A stretch of DNA of 62,915 bases, counting the filler. It is 6 parts of 6 records of this genome, joined end to end, with 100 filler letters (N's around TTAATTAATTAA, not from the genome) between each part and the next. Parts side by side here need not be neighbours in the genome. Positions count along the whole stretch, not along the records: positions 24,655 to 30,024 come from SRR20825019_1914; positions 30,125 to 44,702 come from SRR20825019_1916; 4 more parts are not named here. One strand, given 5' to 3'. Every line of letters starts with the position of its first letter. The stretch's first letter is position 1. The notes beneath the pieces were generated by a model. The model saw nothing but the letters and a program-made list of their open reading frames with translations. It did no database searches and was not told where the DNA came from. The position numbers and the translations under genes were made by a program. Below, piece by piece: positions 24,849 to 36,563 of the stretch.

Positions 24849-25544
24849 ATGCTAGAAAACGAAAACCTATCTGACGCTGATTCCAACGATATTGAAGTCG
24901 GAGCGGAGGAAACAAACACTCAAGACCCTATGAACATCGAACTTACATTTATCAACCAAAGCAATGATATGAACAACTCTGACATTGTCATATTTCAAAA
25001 AAACGTGGCAACAGATTTTGACGAAATTGCTGTGGCATGGAGAGTCATTCAAAATTGTGGAAGAAATTGGTCACATAAATTCACGTACCCTATGAGTTTT
25101 TCTGTTGGCGCTCAGGATTCGTATGGAAACGTATCCAATCTTCAAACAGGTGAATTTGGTCAACGATGGGACGTAGTTACAACTTCCTCTGGTGACGAAA
25201 TTCAACTATCTCAAAATCCCGCGTTAAGCATCTCTCAAGTAGAAATATCAAATAATCTTAAGATGGGAGCAATTGATGCGCAAATCTATAAGGATGGAAA
25301 ATTGCTCGCAACGAAAACAGGAGTCGCTCCAGGGCAAAAAGCAGTCTTTTCGTTTGAGCCTACTATCTGGATGGGAGTCGTTTCCCAAGTAACTGAAGGT
25401 CAGATAATGAATTCAGCCATTCTTAGCGACATTAATACCGAAATTTCTCTACTTGGAATTCAAAAAGCAAATATAATTATGACGGGGGGTGGTGTTGGCC
25501 CGCGTGCAACTCCTTTCGAATTTCATTTAGAACCAACTGCATAG
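24849..25544 (+). CDS. Conserved hypothetical beta-rich bacterial protein
   Basis: Clean ORF with FINQSND, IVIFQKN, VAWRVI, PTIWMGV blocks; followed by a terminator. Conserved part probably starts at MNIELTF. Confidence 0.75.
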   Translation: MLENENLSDADSNDIEVGAEETNTQDPMNIELTFINQSNDMNNSDIVIFQKNVATDFDEIAVAWRVIQNCGRNWSHKFTYPMSFSVGAQDSYGNVSNLQTGEFGQRWDVVTTSSGDEIQLSQNPALSISQVEISNNLKMGAIDAQIYKDGKLLATKTGVAPGQKAVFSFEPTIWMGVVSQVTEGQIMNSAILSDINTEISLLGIQKANIIMTGGGVGPRATPFEFHLEPTA

Positions 25545-25574
25545 ATTTATTTAATTCAAAAAATAGTTATCGCG

Positions 25575-25619
25575 CACCTTGTTTGACCGAATTTCTTAAG
25601 GTTGAGCAAGGTGTTTTTT
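25575..25619 (+). terminator. Rho-independent terminator
   Basis: CACCTTGTTTGACC...GGTTGAGCAAGGTG stem followed by a T-run. Confidence 0.65.
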
Positions 25620-25675
25620 AATTATAATTATTCCACCGATTCACTTCATGTAAAAAAACATTCTTACTTTCAACT

Positions 25676-27226
25676 TTGACCAAAGACACACCTATTTTGA
25701 AAAAGTATTCCAATCCAAAAATTAAACTCTTTGCTACAGCGTTCCTCTTAATATGCTTATCAATTGGACATGCTTCGGGACAGACCGAAACGGTTTATAA
25801 AAATCTAAAGACGGAAAAAGTCTATTCCGTGAGTGCATTTTACCAAAGTGGATCTAATGGAACGACCTATGAAATCAATGGAAAAGAAGTCGACGAAAAA
25901 ACATATAATAAATACGCTTCAGCCTACGATAACATAGCAAATTGTTGTCCTTGCATCCTTCAATCGTATGACATCGACGATGTTCTACTTAAAGAAACTG
26001 TATCATGCACTGATTGTGGAGTTGGTTGGTTCAAAGAATACTACTCGAACGGCAATCTTAAATCGCAAGGAGCATACAGAGAAAACCCAACAGGAAACTG
26101 GGAAGACATTTGGGAGGATGGATATTGTAATGTTCCCAACGGAGAATGGATTTTCTTCGATGAGGAAGGTGTAAAACGGTACTCTGATTTTTGGGACAAC
26201 GGTACATTTATCACACAAGATCCTGAGCAAGACACTGTAGAAATCTGGAAAATTGGACTCACTCTGAACGGCATAAATGCAACCGCTTTATTACTTCAAT
26301 CCGATCAACTTAAAGAGTTAGAAATTACTCCGTATTTTAAAAACTCAAGAACTGACAGTACATTTAAGATAAACCTAACGGCTAGTTCCAAAAACAGCAA
26401 GCGTAAAGAATGGATGTTCACATCAGAATCTTTCAAAAAAATTGATCTAGATAGCTTGTTAATTGAGCATGGATTTAAGGATCAAGATGAAATCTCCTAT
26501 GGTCTAGTTATTTCCGATAATTATAGAAGCTATGGTTACTTTTCTCTGGAAATTGAATCGAACCTTCCTACTTCTTCGAACGAAGGCAAAGTAGATTCTA
26601 AAGGAGAAAAAATAGCAGATCTTGACGATTTCACGGAACTTTATGATGAAGACGCTGAAATCTACTTGGTTAATTCTATTGATCCTTCCAAAAAAATTAA
26701 TCTCAAAAAAGGATTCCAAAGTGAGCTCTATTATGAATTGGACTTTCTTGACTCATTGATTGAATCCAAATCAACTTACCTTCTGGGCACAATAGAACGT
26801 GTTTCTGATACTTCACTTACCTTCCAAGCCTGGTCCGAAACTTCTTACATAAGTTATCTGAACGGCTACGAATCAGATATCAACACCACATATACCTCTG
26901 AATACAGTGTTCAAATTCCCATAAACCAGATTGAATATCTCCAATACAGCAGTCCCACAAGAGACTTTTTTCATTCCTTCGGAGGAACAATTGCTGGACT
27001 TTCTGCGTTGACTGCGTTGATTGTTGCTCCATTAGTTAGTGTGAACTTTAAGAACGGAGATTTTAATAAGAATCGTTACTATACAGTTGCTGGAAGTGGA
27101 CTAATTGGATTGGCGGTGAGTATTCCTATTGTTTCACTGAGTAAGCCAAAAGAATATCGTCTTTTAGACAAAAATTTTGACCCAGAAAGGGGTTATTGGT
27201 ATGTGGAATCGAATGTTTTAGATTAG
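25676..27226 (+). CDS. Exported/membrane protein with MORN-variant (YwqK-like) repeats and two C-terminal TM helices
   Basis: Signal peptide; GWFKEYYSNGNLKSQGAY and NGEWIFFDEEG repeats; CCPC/CTDC cysteines; two hydrophobic C-terminal segments. Confidence 0.7.
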   Translation: MTKDTPILKKYSNPKIKLFATAFLLICLSIGHASGQTETVYKNLKTEKVYSVSAFYQSGSNGTTYEINGKEVDEKTYNKYASAYDNIANCCPCILQSYDIDDVLLKETVSCTDCGVGWFKEYYSNGNLKSQGAYRENPTGNWEDIWEDGYCNVPNGEWIFFDEEGVKRYSDFWDNGTFITQDPEQDTVEIWKIGLTLNGINATALLLQSDQLKELEITPYFKNSRTDSTFKINLTASSKNSKRKEWMFTSESFKKIDLDSLLIEHGFKDQDEISYGLVISDNYRSYGYFSLEIESNLPTSSNEGKVDSKGEKIADLDDFTELYDEDAEIYLVNSIDPSKKINLKKGFQSELYYELDFLDSLIESKSTYLLGTIERVSDTSLTFQAWSETSYISYLNGYESDINTTYTSEYSVQIPINQIEYLQYSSPTRDFFHSFGGTIAGLSALTALIVAPLVSVNFKNGDFNKNRYYTVAGSGLIGLAVSIPIVSLSKPKEYRLLDKNFDPERGYWYVESNVLD

Positions 27227-27269
27227 ATTTCCACCCTTCTCGCATGCCAAGTATATTTATCAAAACAAC

Positions 27270-27941
27270 ATGAAAAACGTTCCTCTCTTATTTCTTCTAT
27301 TCCTTCCCTTTCTTGGGAATTCCCAGTTAAACTATAACTCGGACAGTCTAGCGGACGTTATTTGCGAGTGCATCAACGTCTATTTTTCGAGTATTGAGAA
27401 TAAAGAAGATCTATTAAAGAAATGCATCGAACAGAATCCCTTTCAGTTTACCGAAGAGCAATTTTTAGCCATCGAAGATACTAGCATGACTCCCAGAGAG
27501 CAGGGTCTCATTATTGGCGACAGCATGGGGAAAAACTTACGTAGATTGATTCTGACAGATTGTGAAACATGGGCTCAGTCTGTCTACGAAATTCGGGAGA
27601 AAAGTCTAAAAGACATGACTTTGCAATCCTATGATGAAAAGATCAAATTCTATAAAAATCAACTCAAGAAAAACGATTTTCAAGAATATCATGCAGCACT
27701 CGGTATGGCTTATCTAGGTAACAAAAAGATGTGGAAGGCAAAAAAGCAATTGAAGATTTGCTTAGGTTACCCCGAAACCAGCGACATTTCCTACTATTTT
27801 GGCGGGTTATATTATGAGCTTAACGATGAATTGAAAGAGTCGTTAGCAATGTTTGAAAAAGCCTATAAAATCAACTACAATCAAGAGTATTTCGTTATCA
27901 AAACAATGATTGAGCGAAAGATCAAGCTCACCGAAAAATGA
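27270..27941 (+). CDS. TPR-like exported protein
   Basis: Signal peptide; ALGMAYL, YYFGGLYYEL...AMFEKAYKIN TPR-like helices. Confidence 0.65.
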   Translation: MKNVPLLFLLFLPFLGNSQLNYNSDSLADVICECINVYFSSIENKEDLLKKCIEQNPFQFTEEQFLAIEDTSMTPREQGLIIGDSMGKNLRRLILTDCETWAQSVYEIREKSLKDMTLQSYDEKIKFYKNQLKKNDFQEYHAALGMAYLGNKKMWKAKKQLKICLGYPETSDISYYFGGLYYELNDELKESLAMFEKAYKINYNQEYFVIKTMIERKIKLTEK

Positions 27942-28157
27942 TTGCTTCCATTGGAAAGCGCTTTTAAAATGCTCTTTTGTTGGATTTATTTCAGGCGTAA
28001 ATTCGCTGAAAAGAAAGTAATCTTTTGATGAGAAAATGTGTGGTCAAGTTGGATAATCATTCTCCATCATCGTTTCCCGCTATTTTTCAGGATATTCTCA
28101 GGATTTTGACGTAATTTTGCATCCGCCTATTTAAGTTGGCTGTAGTTAATTAGAAGT

Positions 28158-29954
28158 ATGAAGAACATTCGAAATTTTTGCATCATTGCGCATATTGATC
28201 ACGGGAAAAGTACACTGGCTGATCGATTATTGCAAATCACAGGAACAATCTCAGATCGCGACATGCAAAACCAAGCATTGGACAATATGGATTTGGAGCG
28301 TGAGCGTGGAATTACGATCAAGAGTCATGCTATTCAAATGAACTACAAGCACGAAGGTGTGGATTACATCCTGAACCTTATTGACACTCCTGGTCACGTA
28401 GATTTCTCTTATGAAGTTTCGCGATCTATTGCGGCGTGTGAGGGTGCCTTACTGATTGTTGATGCTTCTCAAGGTATTGAAGCTCAAACAATTTCAAACT
28501 TATATTTGGCGCTAGAGCACGATTTAGAGATTATTCCTATTCTTAATAAAATGGACCTTCCTGGGGCAATGCCAGAGGAAGTTACAGATCAAATTGTTGA
28601 GTTAATTGGCTGTGATCCTTCTGATGTTATCGCAGCTTCAGGTAAAACGGGTATGGGAGTTAACGAAATTCTTGATGCCGTTATTAACCGAATTCCTTCA
28701 CCGAAAGGAGATGAAAATGCGCCGCTTCAAGCGATGATTTTTGATTCTGTTTTCAATCCATTTAGAGGAATTATCGCTTATTATCGTGTGAGAAATGGCG
28801 TAGTTAAAAAAGGACAAAAAATTAAATTCTTCAATACCGGTAAAGATTATCACGCAGATGAAGTTGGGATTCTGAAAATGGATCTTTCTCCTAGAACGGA
28901 AGTAAGAGCTGGTGATGTTGGATATATTATTTCAGGAATCAAGCGCGCTGCCGAAGTTAAGGTAGGTGATACATTGACTTCATTCGATAATCCATGTTTA
29001 GAAGCAATTAAAGGATTTGAGGACGTAAAACCGATGGTCTTCGCAGGAATTTATCCTGTAGATACAGACGAATATGAGGAATTGCGTTACTCAATGGAGA
29101 AATTACAGTTGAACGATTCATCGTTGGTTTTTGAACCAGAATCTTCTGCTGCACTTGGATTCGGATTCCGCTGTGGATTCTTGGGAATGTTGCACATGGA
29201 AATCATCCAAGAGCGATTGGAAAGAGAATTCAACATGACAGTGATCACTACGGTACCAAACGTATCGTACAGAGCTTTCATGAAGAAAAACCCAGAGGTT
29301 CCGTTTATCGTTAACAACCCATCTGAGTTGCCAGATCCATCAGGACTTGATTCGATTGAAGAACCATATATTAAGGCACAAGTAATTACGAAGTCAGAAT
29401 ACGTTGGTCAAATTATGACGCTTTGTATTGAGAAACGTGGTGAGTTAAAAAATCAAGTTTATTTGACACAAGATCGTGTGGAAATTAGCTTTGAAATGCC
29501 TTTGGGAGAAATTGTATTTGATTTTTATGACCGATTGAAATCTGTTTCTCGCGGATATGCTTCGTTCGATTATCATCCAATTGACTACAAGAAATCAGAT
29601 TTGATCAAGCTTGATTTGTTACTTAATGGCGAACAAGTAGATGCACTTTCTGCACTAGTTCATAGAAGTAATGCTTTTGATCTTGGAAAAAGAATCTGCG
29701 TGAAATTGAAAGAATTGATCCCACGTCAGCAATTTGAGATTCCAATACAAGCCGCTATCGGAGCGAAAGTAGTTGCCCGTGAAACGATCAAAGCGTTGAG
29801 AAAAGACGTTACCGCAAAATGTTATGGTGGTGATATCAGTCGTAAACGAAAACTGTTGGAAAAACAAAAAGAAGGAAAGAAACGTATGCGCCAAATTGGT
29901 CGCGTAGAGATTCCTCAAGAGGCGTTTTTAGCGGTGTTGAAGTTGAACGATTAA
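28158..29954 (+). CDS. lepA: Translation elongation factor 4 (LepA)
   Basis: [71 protein letters not shown]; Bacteroidota-like variant. Confidence 0.98.
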   Translation: MKNIRNFCIIAHIDHGKSTLADRLLQITGTISDRDMQNQALDNMDLERERGITIKSHAIQMNYKHEGVDYILNLIDTPGHVDFSYEVSRSIAACEGALLIVDASQGIEAQTISNLYLALEHDLEIIPILNKMDLPGAMPEEVTDQIVELIGCDPSDVIAASGKTGMGVNEILDAVINRIPSPKGDENAPLQAMIFDSVFNPFRGIIAYYRVRNGVVKKGQKIKFFNTGKDYHADEVGILKMDLSPRTEVRAGDVGYIISGIKRAAEVKVGDTLTSFDNPCLEAIKGFEDVKPMVFAGIYPVDTDEYEELRYSMEKLQLNDSSLVFEPESSAALGFGFRCGFLGMLHMEIIQERLEREFNMTVITTVPNVSYRAFMKKNPEVPFIVNNPSELPDPSGLDSIEEPYIKAQVITKSEYVGQIMTLCIEKRGELKNQVYLTQDRVEISFEMPLGEIVFDFYDRLKSVSRGYASFDYHPIDYKKSDLIKLDLLLNGEQVDALSALVHRSNAFDLGKRICVKLKELIPRQQFEIPIQAAIGAKVVARETIKALRKDVTAKCYGGDISRKRKLLEKQKEGKKRMRQIGRVEIPQEAFLAVLKLND

Positions 29955-29961
29955 GTTAGTT

Positions 29962-29990
29962 GTTAGCACGGATAAAATATCCGCGCTAAC
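29962..29990. repeat. Imperfect palindrome (REP-like element/terminator) after lepA
   Basis: GTTAGCACGGATA-AAA-TATCCGCGCTAAC hairpin. Confidence 0.6.
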
Positions 29991-30024
29991 TGGTTCACCC
30001 ACCTAACCTCCCTCAAGGGAGGAA

Positions 30025-30124
30025 NNNNNNNNNNNNNNNNNNNNNNNNNNNNNNNNNNNNNNNNNNNNTTAATTAATTAANNNNNNNNNNNNNNNNNNNN
30101 NNNNNNNNNNNNNNNNNNNNNNNN
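30025..30124. other. Artificial contig spacer
   Basis: N44-TTAATTAATTAA-N44. Confidence 0.98.
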
Positions 30125-31883
30125 AACCAAGCGAACAACCAAGCGAACAACCAAACCAGGAACCTGCTGCTCCAAAGGAAAATGATAATTCTCCTCAGTT
30201 AGCCCCTGTCAACGCTCCACAGGTACCCGAGGCCAACGATCAAACAGATTCTATAGAGATACCTGCTGCGAAGACTATTTCCCATGTGAGCGATGGCAGT
30301 TCTCTTGAAGATGAGAGCCATCAAATGGACACAGAGACTTCGCAGTCCGATTTCCCATCACCTCTTCCCGTGGTTAGTGGAATGAATCGATCTTCCCACA
30401 TGTCATCATTTGGGTTGGGCAGTGATGTAATGAATAACTCGTCTCGTATGATTAGTGATGTAGCAGTGGACATGGAGGACAGTGAGGACTACTCCAAGGA
30501 TTTAGACTTAAAAGAAGGAAGCAGTTCAATGGCCAATATGGATTCGAACATTGAGCAGACAGAGAATCCCATGGCCAGCATCATTAGACGTGTGGAGGAG
30601 AGGGTGGATTCGAACGGCGTTGAGATTCTGCCTAGCAAAACACCTGAGGGTGGCTCTCTATTTTTGAATATCCCCGGATGGGACGAAAACGTACTATTTA
30701 TGCAATCTTTGCAAACAGAAAGATCTAAGCGAACATCGGGGCTTGTTCCTAGAAGACACGAGAGGCCCTTGACGATGTCATTCCGCCGAAAAGGGCTAGC
30801 ACGAACAGAGCGGGGCCGGTTGCGTCCCGTCACCACCGGGAATGAATCGTGTGGCAGGACGGCAGCATCCGGATTATCATCCACAGAGGTAGCGCGTGGT
30901 CGTTTATATACTCCCAGGATAGGTCAGTTCAAACCAACAGCCGCTGTGAAAGGTGAGATTTGTATTCACAGCTTGATATGATCGTGTTTTGCTAATCCCG
31001 AGTAGTTGCACCGCCGACATCTCCGGAAATGAGCGCACACAGACGTGGAAATTCGCGTGGATTCAAGCCAATCCGGCAATGTGGCGTAACAGAAGGCCCT
31101 GTTGTCATCACTGATTCTAGGTCCAGTTTGCTGGTATGTTCGGAGCAGTCCACGGCAATGGGTTGGCAATTAATCTAGTTTGTACATTCACAGCCCAGAA
31201 CCAATCAAAACACCAGGATGGGGTCAACTAAGATTCGTGTCATTGAGAGGGAGATCAATGGGCTCATTCATGATCGAGAGATGACCATGAAAATGCTAGA
31301 GATGTTTGTGCAAAACTTGGACAGTCTAGACCTCATCAAGCCAGGACAGCCGCCGTCCGTGCATGTGATCCGTCTGCTTTCCACGTATGCGAAAAGGTTA
31401 GGAGACATACTAGCTGATCTCAGGGAGTCGGCACTGGCCATTGCCGAGAGTGTCGGCGTATGGAAGAAAATGAAAGGCGGAATGCCATCTGCTCACGCAT
31501 TCCACTATCAAGGGAACAACTACTTCAACAAAATGCGTACCGACCTTGCGTTTCTCAACCAATCGACTGCTAGCGTGTATATCATGGGAGAAGAGACTGT
31601 CATCGGAGATCCCTTCATACTGAGGACCCCAAGGAATTTGACGGACGTGAACTCCTTGAAGATTGGGCCCTCTGACCTTATGCGGATACAGGTTGCCTTC
31701 GAAACCTTCACTAGCGACGACAATTCACGTAGAATAGGAAGGGGGATGACGGCTATTGCCAACTCATATTCTCCTTTCTGCCCCAACGGTGTGAACCGCG
31801 ACAACCCCAATCAATGCCCTCCAAGAGTGAAGCCATTGGACCTTAAGCCCACCTACCGACTAGATGAACCCATCCCATTGTAA
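30125..31883 (+). CDS. Uncharacterised eukaryotic protein, 5' truncated, multi-exon
   Basis: Starts in a 12-bp tandem repeat (AACCAAGCGAAC); long disordered region, then a helical domain LADLRESALAIAESVGVWKK...FHYQGNNYFNKMRTDLAFL; introns near 30953 and 31134. Confidence 0.6.
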
Positions 31884-32218
31884 CTTATTGAAACCTGTAC
31901 CATTAACAATAACTGAACACTAAAATGATCTTTGCATCAAACATAAATGTTTTAATATGCTTTAGGTACTGGGGCTTACAGAACCAACCTGCCCAGTTAT
32001 TTCTCGGGGGTGCTTCTTCTTCGAAAGAATTAAAAAAAAGGGAAGAAGATAAATAGAAGAATCAAAGGCAGCTTGCCTTGGGCAAAGCAAAGCAAAGCAA
32101 AGAAAAAAGAAAAGCGCCTACTTGGTTCCACACTCAAGAGGGGCATATTTCTATGCTTGAAACGAATATTCCGAACCATTTCGGATTTCTTCTAGCAGTC
32201 TTGAAGTTCTCTTGACGA

Positions 32219-32947
32219 CTACGCACAGTTGACGACCCTTGAGGGAACCTGATCACCTTGGCCATTGCAGAAGAAGCTCAACATAGCGGGGTTGTTCGAG
32301 TCCCGCTGCTTCATTGACTGCTGGTGACCGAATGAACCCTTGGACCTCGGGAAGAGAGTGAACTTATCTTGCTTGAAGTTGGCGGACTCTTCGACTTGGC
32401 AGCTGAGGCAGCTGCGAGCGTTCAGGTGAACAGTCAACTCGTTCCTGTAACGCTCAAAAACGTCACGAGACACGTTCAAGTTGAAGTCAACAAAGAAAAG
32501 GAACTCAATCTCCAAGTTGTTGAGCTCGGCAACCGGAACACCACCAACCTTGGCGTAGTAGGCATTGTTGTAGTAGGTATCGTCATAGAACTTGGCAGCG
32601 ATCATAACACTGGTAATGAGAAGACGATGGATATTCAGGGAAGTCACCTCAAAAGTGCGGTTCAACTGAATAATCCTGTCAATGTAAATAAGGGCCAGAA
32701 TGTAGGCCTCAGGGGAGCAAGGGGCAAAGCGAACAATGCGCTCCAAGTACTTAACGACAGAAATAGAAGGGGGCTTAAGGGCATCAAAGATAGTCGCCTG
32801 CTGTGGTGTGAAGGGAACCTTCTTGTTCTTCTCAACAAGCTTGTTGAGAACACAAGACAACACAGCCACGAGCTTACGGCCAGTCTCGTGATCACCACCG
32901 TTGATGCTGGACTCCAAATGTCCTTCCTCAAGCAAAGAGCCACCCAT
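32219..32947 (-). CDS. Cyclin U/P-type (PHO80-like)
   Basis: PPSISVVKYLERI, ALIYIDR, NIHRLLITSVMIAAKFYDDTYYNNAYYAKVGG, ELNNLEIEFL. Confidence 0.93.
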   Translation of the reverse strand: MGGSLLEEGHLESSINGGDHETGRKLVAVLSCVLNKLVEKNKKVPFTPQQATIFDALKPPSISVVKYLERIVRFAPCSPEAYILALIYIDRIIQLNRTFEVTSLNIHRLLITSVMIAAKFYDDTYYNNAYYAKVGGVPVAELNNLEIEFLFFVDFNLNVSRDVFERYRNELTVHLNARSCLSCQVEESANFKQDKFTLFPRSKGSFGHQQSMKQRDSNNPAMLSFFCNGQGDQVPSRVVNCA

Positions 32948-33059
32948 ATCTATTCTTCACGATAGTAATAAATAAAAGAAAAAGGCTAAAGCCAGTTAGT
33001 TGTCAAACACCCCGAGTGTTCTGAATTATTTGTGTTGCTTTCGAGCCGCATATTTGACA

Positions 33060-34190
33060 CTGGAGCGCAGCGGGGTGGGGCGGCCGAGTCGGGGCCGAAG
33101 TGGGGGTGGGGGGTGTAGGTGGAGGCGATGGCACGCTGCGACGCTGCGATGAGTGTGTACTAGAGTGGAAGGAGCGCGGACCTCCGCTATGAGAGCACGA
33201 GTTTCGCGCCCTAAGTGCGCGGATGGGTTCGCCGACCGACCCCGCCCACGACCAACGGGGTGGTTTGTTGACCAAATCCACTGACGCCAGAGCCGCGGAC
33301 CGAAAGGCGTGATCGGCCGACGGTGGGTGGCGAGACATCTTTAGACGTCGCCTGGAGCGCGCTAAAATCTATTCCTGGTTCGTCGAGGGCGCCAACCATG
33401 ATTACAACACCAAGCATGGTCACAATGCCCACTAACGGATTACCGGGTTTCAAGCGGGGCCACGGTGTGGCTCTCGACCCGGAGCCTGATGGGGTTAGGG
33501 GGCTCCCAGATGAGAGGTGGATCGAGGCCATAAATGTCCGGTTGGGAACACAAATTTAATATTCGGGTTGTCGATTGGTCCGGCCATCTGTGTAGGCATT
33601 GGTTTCCAAAATAGGAAATTTGTGCCGTCGGTTCACTGGTTCTTCCACCAGGATTCCTCTTGTATTCCAGTGAAGTTTTAGACGGTTGTTTCCAATTTGA
33701 CATGTGTAGCATCAATCACAACTCTCCGCACACGGGGCATCGACGGCCGCCGGCCCGGCTGCCGGGCCAGCCGGGGCGCCGCCCCCGCGCATTACAGTAA
33801 TGCGGTCGGCTCAGCCGGGCCCGCCGCGCGTCACTACTGCCTCCAGTCGGGTCCGCTGTTGCCTGGCTGGGGGCCGGCCGGGCGCCGGCCGGGCTGCCAG
33901 CCGGACGCGGGGCCGGCGCGCCGGGCCCAGAGGGCCGACATCTGAGGCGCCGCGCTCACACGAGTCCGGCTCGCGACCTCAACCGCGGCCGGCAACGGCA
34001 ATCTGGGCCGAACCGACCGCGCCGGCTTCGCGGCGCGCCCGAGCCGGCGGCGCCGCAGGGTTGCGGGCCTGAGGTCGGCTGGGCTGACGCGACTCATCGA
34101 CCGCGTCTGGCGCCAACCGGGCGTGTTGCTGCGGCGAACACGAGGCGCGGCCGCCCTCTCAGTCCGGGAATCCGGCGTTAAGCGACACCC
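33060..34190. promoter_or_regulatory. GC-rich island(s) between divergent genes
   Basis: Two GC-rich patches (about 33060-33330 and 33740-34190) between cyclin U (-) and bL36 (+). Confidence 0.55.
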
Positions 34191-34309
34191 ACTGTCGAGA
34201 GAGGTCCGATACAACCCACGGAAAGAGGATGGTTCTATCCGAATAGCCATGGTTTAACTACAAAATATTGGACACTTCAGGTACTACGTTCTATGCTTTA
34301 GACTCTAAT

Positions 34310-34680
34310 ATGAAGGTGGATAACCGGGTTGGTCTTATATTTTCGGGTAACTGATGAGTCTTGCGTAGGTGAGGTCTAGCATTAAGAAGATTTGCGACTT
34401 CTGTCGTATTGTGCGGCGCAAGGGAAAGGTCTATGTGATATGCAGCCGTGATCCTAAGCACAAACAGAGACAGGGGTTCCATACTCTTGCTTCATCTTCT
34501 GTGGACTTTCCTCAATCATCGCAACCTCATGTTTCCATGGATCCCGCGTTGCATAGCTCTGGCTGCTCATGCTGTGGTGGTAGCGTGCAATCGTCAGTTC
34601 CTGCACAGAATAGTGTCTTGAATCATCTCCCAATGAACTCTGTTTTGTGGTTGATGACCCCGAAGTGGAAACAACAATAG
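34310..34680 (+). CDS. Nucleus-encoded organellar (probably mitochondrial) ribosomal protein bL36 with C-terminal extension
   Basis: ATG AAG [intron 34316-34368] [40 protein letters not shown] zinc ribbon intact. Confidence 0.92.
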
Positions 34681-34879
34681 GTGGATAAGGTTGGAGCTCC
34701 ATGACTGGCTTTCTATAGTGCCTGTGCTACCGTCGCCGCTTGAGACAGCGCAGTAATCTTACTTGTACCTAGCTAGTGTGCTATGATGTTTGGAAGTATC
34801 GTCAAGTGTGCGGCACTGGCAGGTATTCATAGATGGAAGCTACTAAATGCTTCGGTTGGTATCAAGAGTTTACTGCGGT

Positions 34880-35611
34880 CTAAATAGTGTTTGATTCGGC
34901 GTTCCCATCTGGACTCGCCTCTACAGGGGCCAGGTCAGTGGGGCTTGCCTGTGCTTCCTCGTCTATTGCAGCGTTTTTCTCTTCCGGATCGGTATCCTTC
35001 GCGACCGGTAGGCATGCTGTCATCGTCTCCTCCTTTGTCAGGCCATTGCCAGATTGGGCAGCGCTGGAAGCCTTGAAAAAATCAATCCCAGCTGCAAGGG
35101 ATACAGCCAAGTGGAGTGTAGCGGCTCCAATTATGAACAAGTATCCACCCCCAACAGCAATGACCCACCACAAAGCAAACAAAAGACCCCCGCCAAGAAG
35201 GGGAACGCACCAGCAAAGTGCTACTGACAGAACGAATATAGCTGCAGTAATCACGCCGCCAACATAGAAGTAGATGAGCCACGGGGACGAGAAGAAAAGT
35301 AACAGAGCCACGCTCACTGCCAGCTCATACAGGAAAGACCTCTTTAGCGCTGCCGCAGCTGGTATCCACCCATGCTTCTTGTGATACACCTCTGCAGCCG
35401 GATCCAAGTTTCCAGCCATATACGCCTTCCCAACACCAAATCCTGCAAATAGAACCTGAAGAACAAGCCCCATCTTCCCAGCGGAACACGTTGGCATCGC
35501 GTGGAAACCGCAGGTCAGGGCTGTCACTGGGTTGACCTTCACGTACTTTCCATCCCACTCAACTGGAGCGCCATCGTGTGAAGCCTTTGTGTCTGCCTCC
35601 AACTCCATCAT
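34880..35611 (-). CDS. Multi-pass membrane protein of unknown function
   Basis: 243-aa ORF with about 4-5 hydrophobic segments and an acidic C-tail. Confidence 0.65.
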   Translation of the reverse strand: MMELEADTKASHDGAPVEWDGKYVKVNPVTALTCGFHAMPTCSAGKMGLVLQVLFAGFGVGKAYMAGNLDPAAEVYHKKHGWIPAAAALKRSFLYELAVSVALLLFFSSPWLIYFYVGGVITAAIFVLSVALCWCVPLLGGGLLFALWWVIAVGGGYLFIIGAATLHLAVSLAAGIDFFKASSAAQSGNGLTKEETMTACLPVAKDTDPEEKNAAIDEEAQASPTDLAPVEASPDGNAESNTI

Positions 35612-35769
35612 CTCATCTACTCCATTTCGAAACCAAAAGCTTGCATATTCGTACTAGACGGAAAAGGTGATGCCGAGAGTATCTTCTCTCTCCACAGTGC
35701 CTTTAGTGAGTGGCCATGGCCCCCTCGTGACAAGCAGTGACCTCACCACTCATCCTCTGCGGATCCATC

Positions 35770-36420
35770 AGTACTGAGAAGCCGGCCAGCCGGGCAAGTC
35801 ACGCCCCCGGGCGCGGCGAGGCGTTGTGACCACGACTGCCAGTCGCGGTGCTCGACTGTGTCGAGGACGCATTGCTGAACCATCAATTCAACTTGCCAAA
35901 TTGGAAAATTTGACAGGGTTTACCGCCAAATTTAGGAGTCAATGACCCCAAATCCTGACCCGTTCAACGTCACCAACAGATAGAGGCAAGATCTCCTGGG
36001 CACGAGATTAGATCTGGAGGCGACCAGGTGACCTGCCAGGTGTGGCTAATAATGGTCGACATAACGAAAGTCTTCCTATAACAGTCCCGTGGCATCCCTC
36101 AACTTCTTCGGGCACTCTCCTCAGGAACACATCGACGACTCGCCGGCGGGACCGCCACGCCAGTGGGCGGCGCCGCCCGGGCCCACGCCCGGCCGGGTGC
36201 CGGGGCGTGCGCTGATGAGCCGCACCCCGGCCGTCGGGCGACGCAGGGCCGCCGAGCGCGCCCCGAATTCATCACTCTCAGGTCATCGCTGCGTGGCCGC
36301 AGAGCGAAGAGCCACTCAATGTGGCCACGTGACCGGCATCCGTCAGCGCAACAGGGACGATGGGATCCGGTCTCCAAGAAAAAAGCACACGAGGGTTGCG
36401 GGCTAGCAGGACGATTGGGC
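35770..36420. promoter_or_regulatory. GC-rich island between divergent genes
   Basis: GC-rich patches between the membrane gene (-) and the kinesin-like gene (+). Confidence 0.5.
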
Positions 36421-36563
36421 CCCTTCTTCACTGTGGAAGCCGTTGCACAGCGGCCAGCAAGTCTCCTGAAGCCAGAGAAACCGCGCCAGCCTCCTAAAAC
36501 TCGATTTTGTTCATTTATTCTTATTTGGGCCTCAGAGAAATCGTAGTGCCTAGCTCTTTAGCC

